A stretch of 62,282 nucleotides of DNA, counting the filler, from Sluysia triapertura (Eukaryota), in assembly GCA_046118255.1 (NCBI GenBank). It is 5 parts of 5 records of this genome, joined end to end, with 100 filler letters (N's around TTAATTAATTAA, not from the genome) between each part and the next. Parts side by side here need not be neighbours in the genome. Positions count along the whole stretch, not along the records: positions 50,858 to 62,282 come from JBJNIA010184879.1; 4 more parts are not named here. The stretch is one strand, 5' to 3'. Below the pieces are notes generated by a model that saw only the letters and a list, made by a program, of their open reading frames with translations, made no database searches and was not told where the DNA came from. A program made the position numbers and the translations under genes. Each line of letters starts with the position of its first letter. The stretch's first letter is position 1. Below are positions 61,941 through 62,282 of this stretch, piece after piece.

Positions 61941-62282
61941 TGTTGGGATTATCCTACTGTGTGTCAGAAAATCCCTGAGGAACGTATAGAACTATAAAAT
62001 GAAGAAAGAACTGATACCAAGTGAGGGATTGAGCGTTGAAATGAGAGTAGAAACAATTAAAGCATTTATGGTAATTTTAACAGCTAATGAATACCTTGGA
62101 GTTCCAAAGACCTATGAAAGGGTTTGAGACCCCATTAGTACTTGATACGAACTTGAAAAACTTTTGGAAGCATTAAGGTACCTTCTGAACTTTGGAACCT
62201 TTAGATTATTTAAGATCTTATTAACCTTTGAATATTCTTGAAACCTTGATAAGCATCTAAGATCTTCGAGCAATATCGTAAA
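61941..62282 (+). repeat. LTR-like interspersed repeat (TGTTGGGATTA start), copy 2, running off the window
   Basis: Homologous to 29397-29700. Confidence 0.6.

Overview
AT-rich eukaryotic (metazoan) draft scaffold with four 100-bp N gaps, each carrying a TTAATTAATTAA linker. Many introns are very short (28-50 nt). That, plus the gene content, suggests a compact animal genome such as an orthonectid, which is inference only. Recognisable genes are all on the minus strand: class III alcohol dehydrogenase ADH5 (exons 1-4 only), a complete 13-exon U2SURP/SR140, one large exon of a GluN3-like NMDA receptor subunit, a tiny IQ-motif gene and two 3' exons of an unidentified gene. Orphan ORFs include a 445-aa ORF on the plus strand and a tandem cluster of single-pass membrane-protein genes. 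The rest is mostly decayed transposons: pogo, Polinton integrase, Ty3/gypsy, piggyBac, hAT MITEs with target-site duplications (TSDs) and LTR-like repeats, plus (AAT)n microsatellites. The most notable structures are the truncated ADH5 enclosed by long inverted repeats carrying reiterated CAACACCTT-N4/5-GGGTTG motifs (possible gene-capturing element), three hairpins upstream of the orphan ORF, and a recurrent set of small Cys-containing membrane ORFs. All alignments and translations were done by eye.
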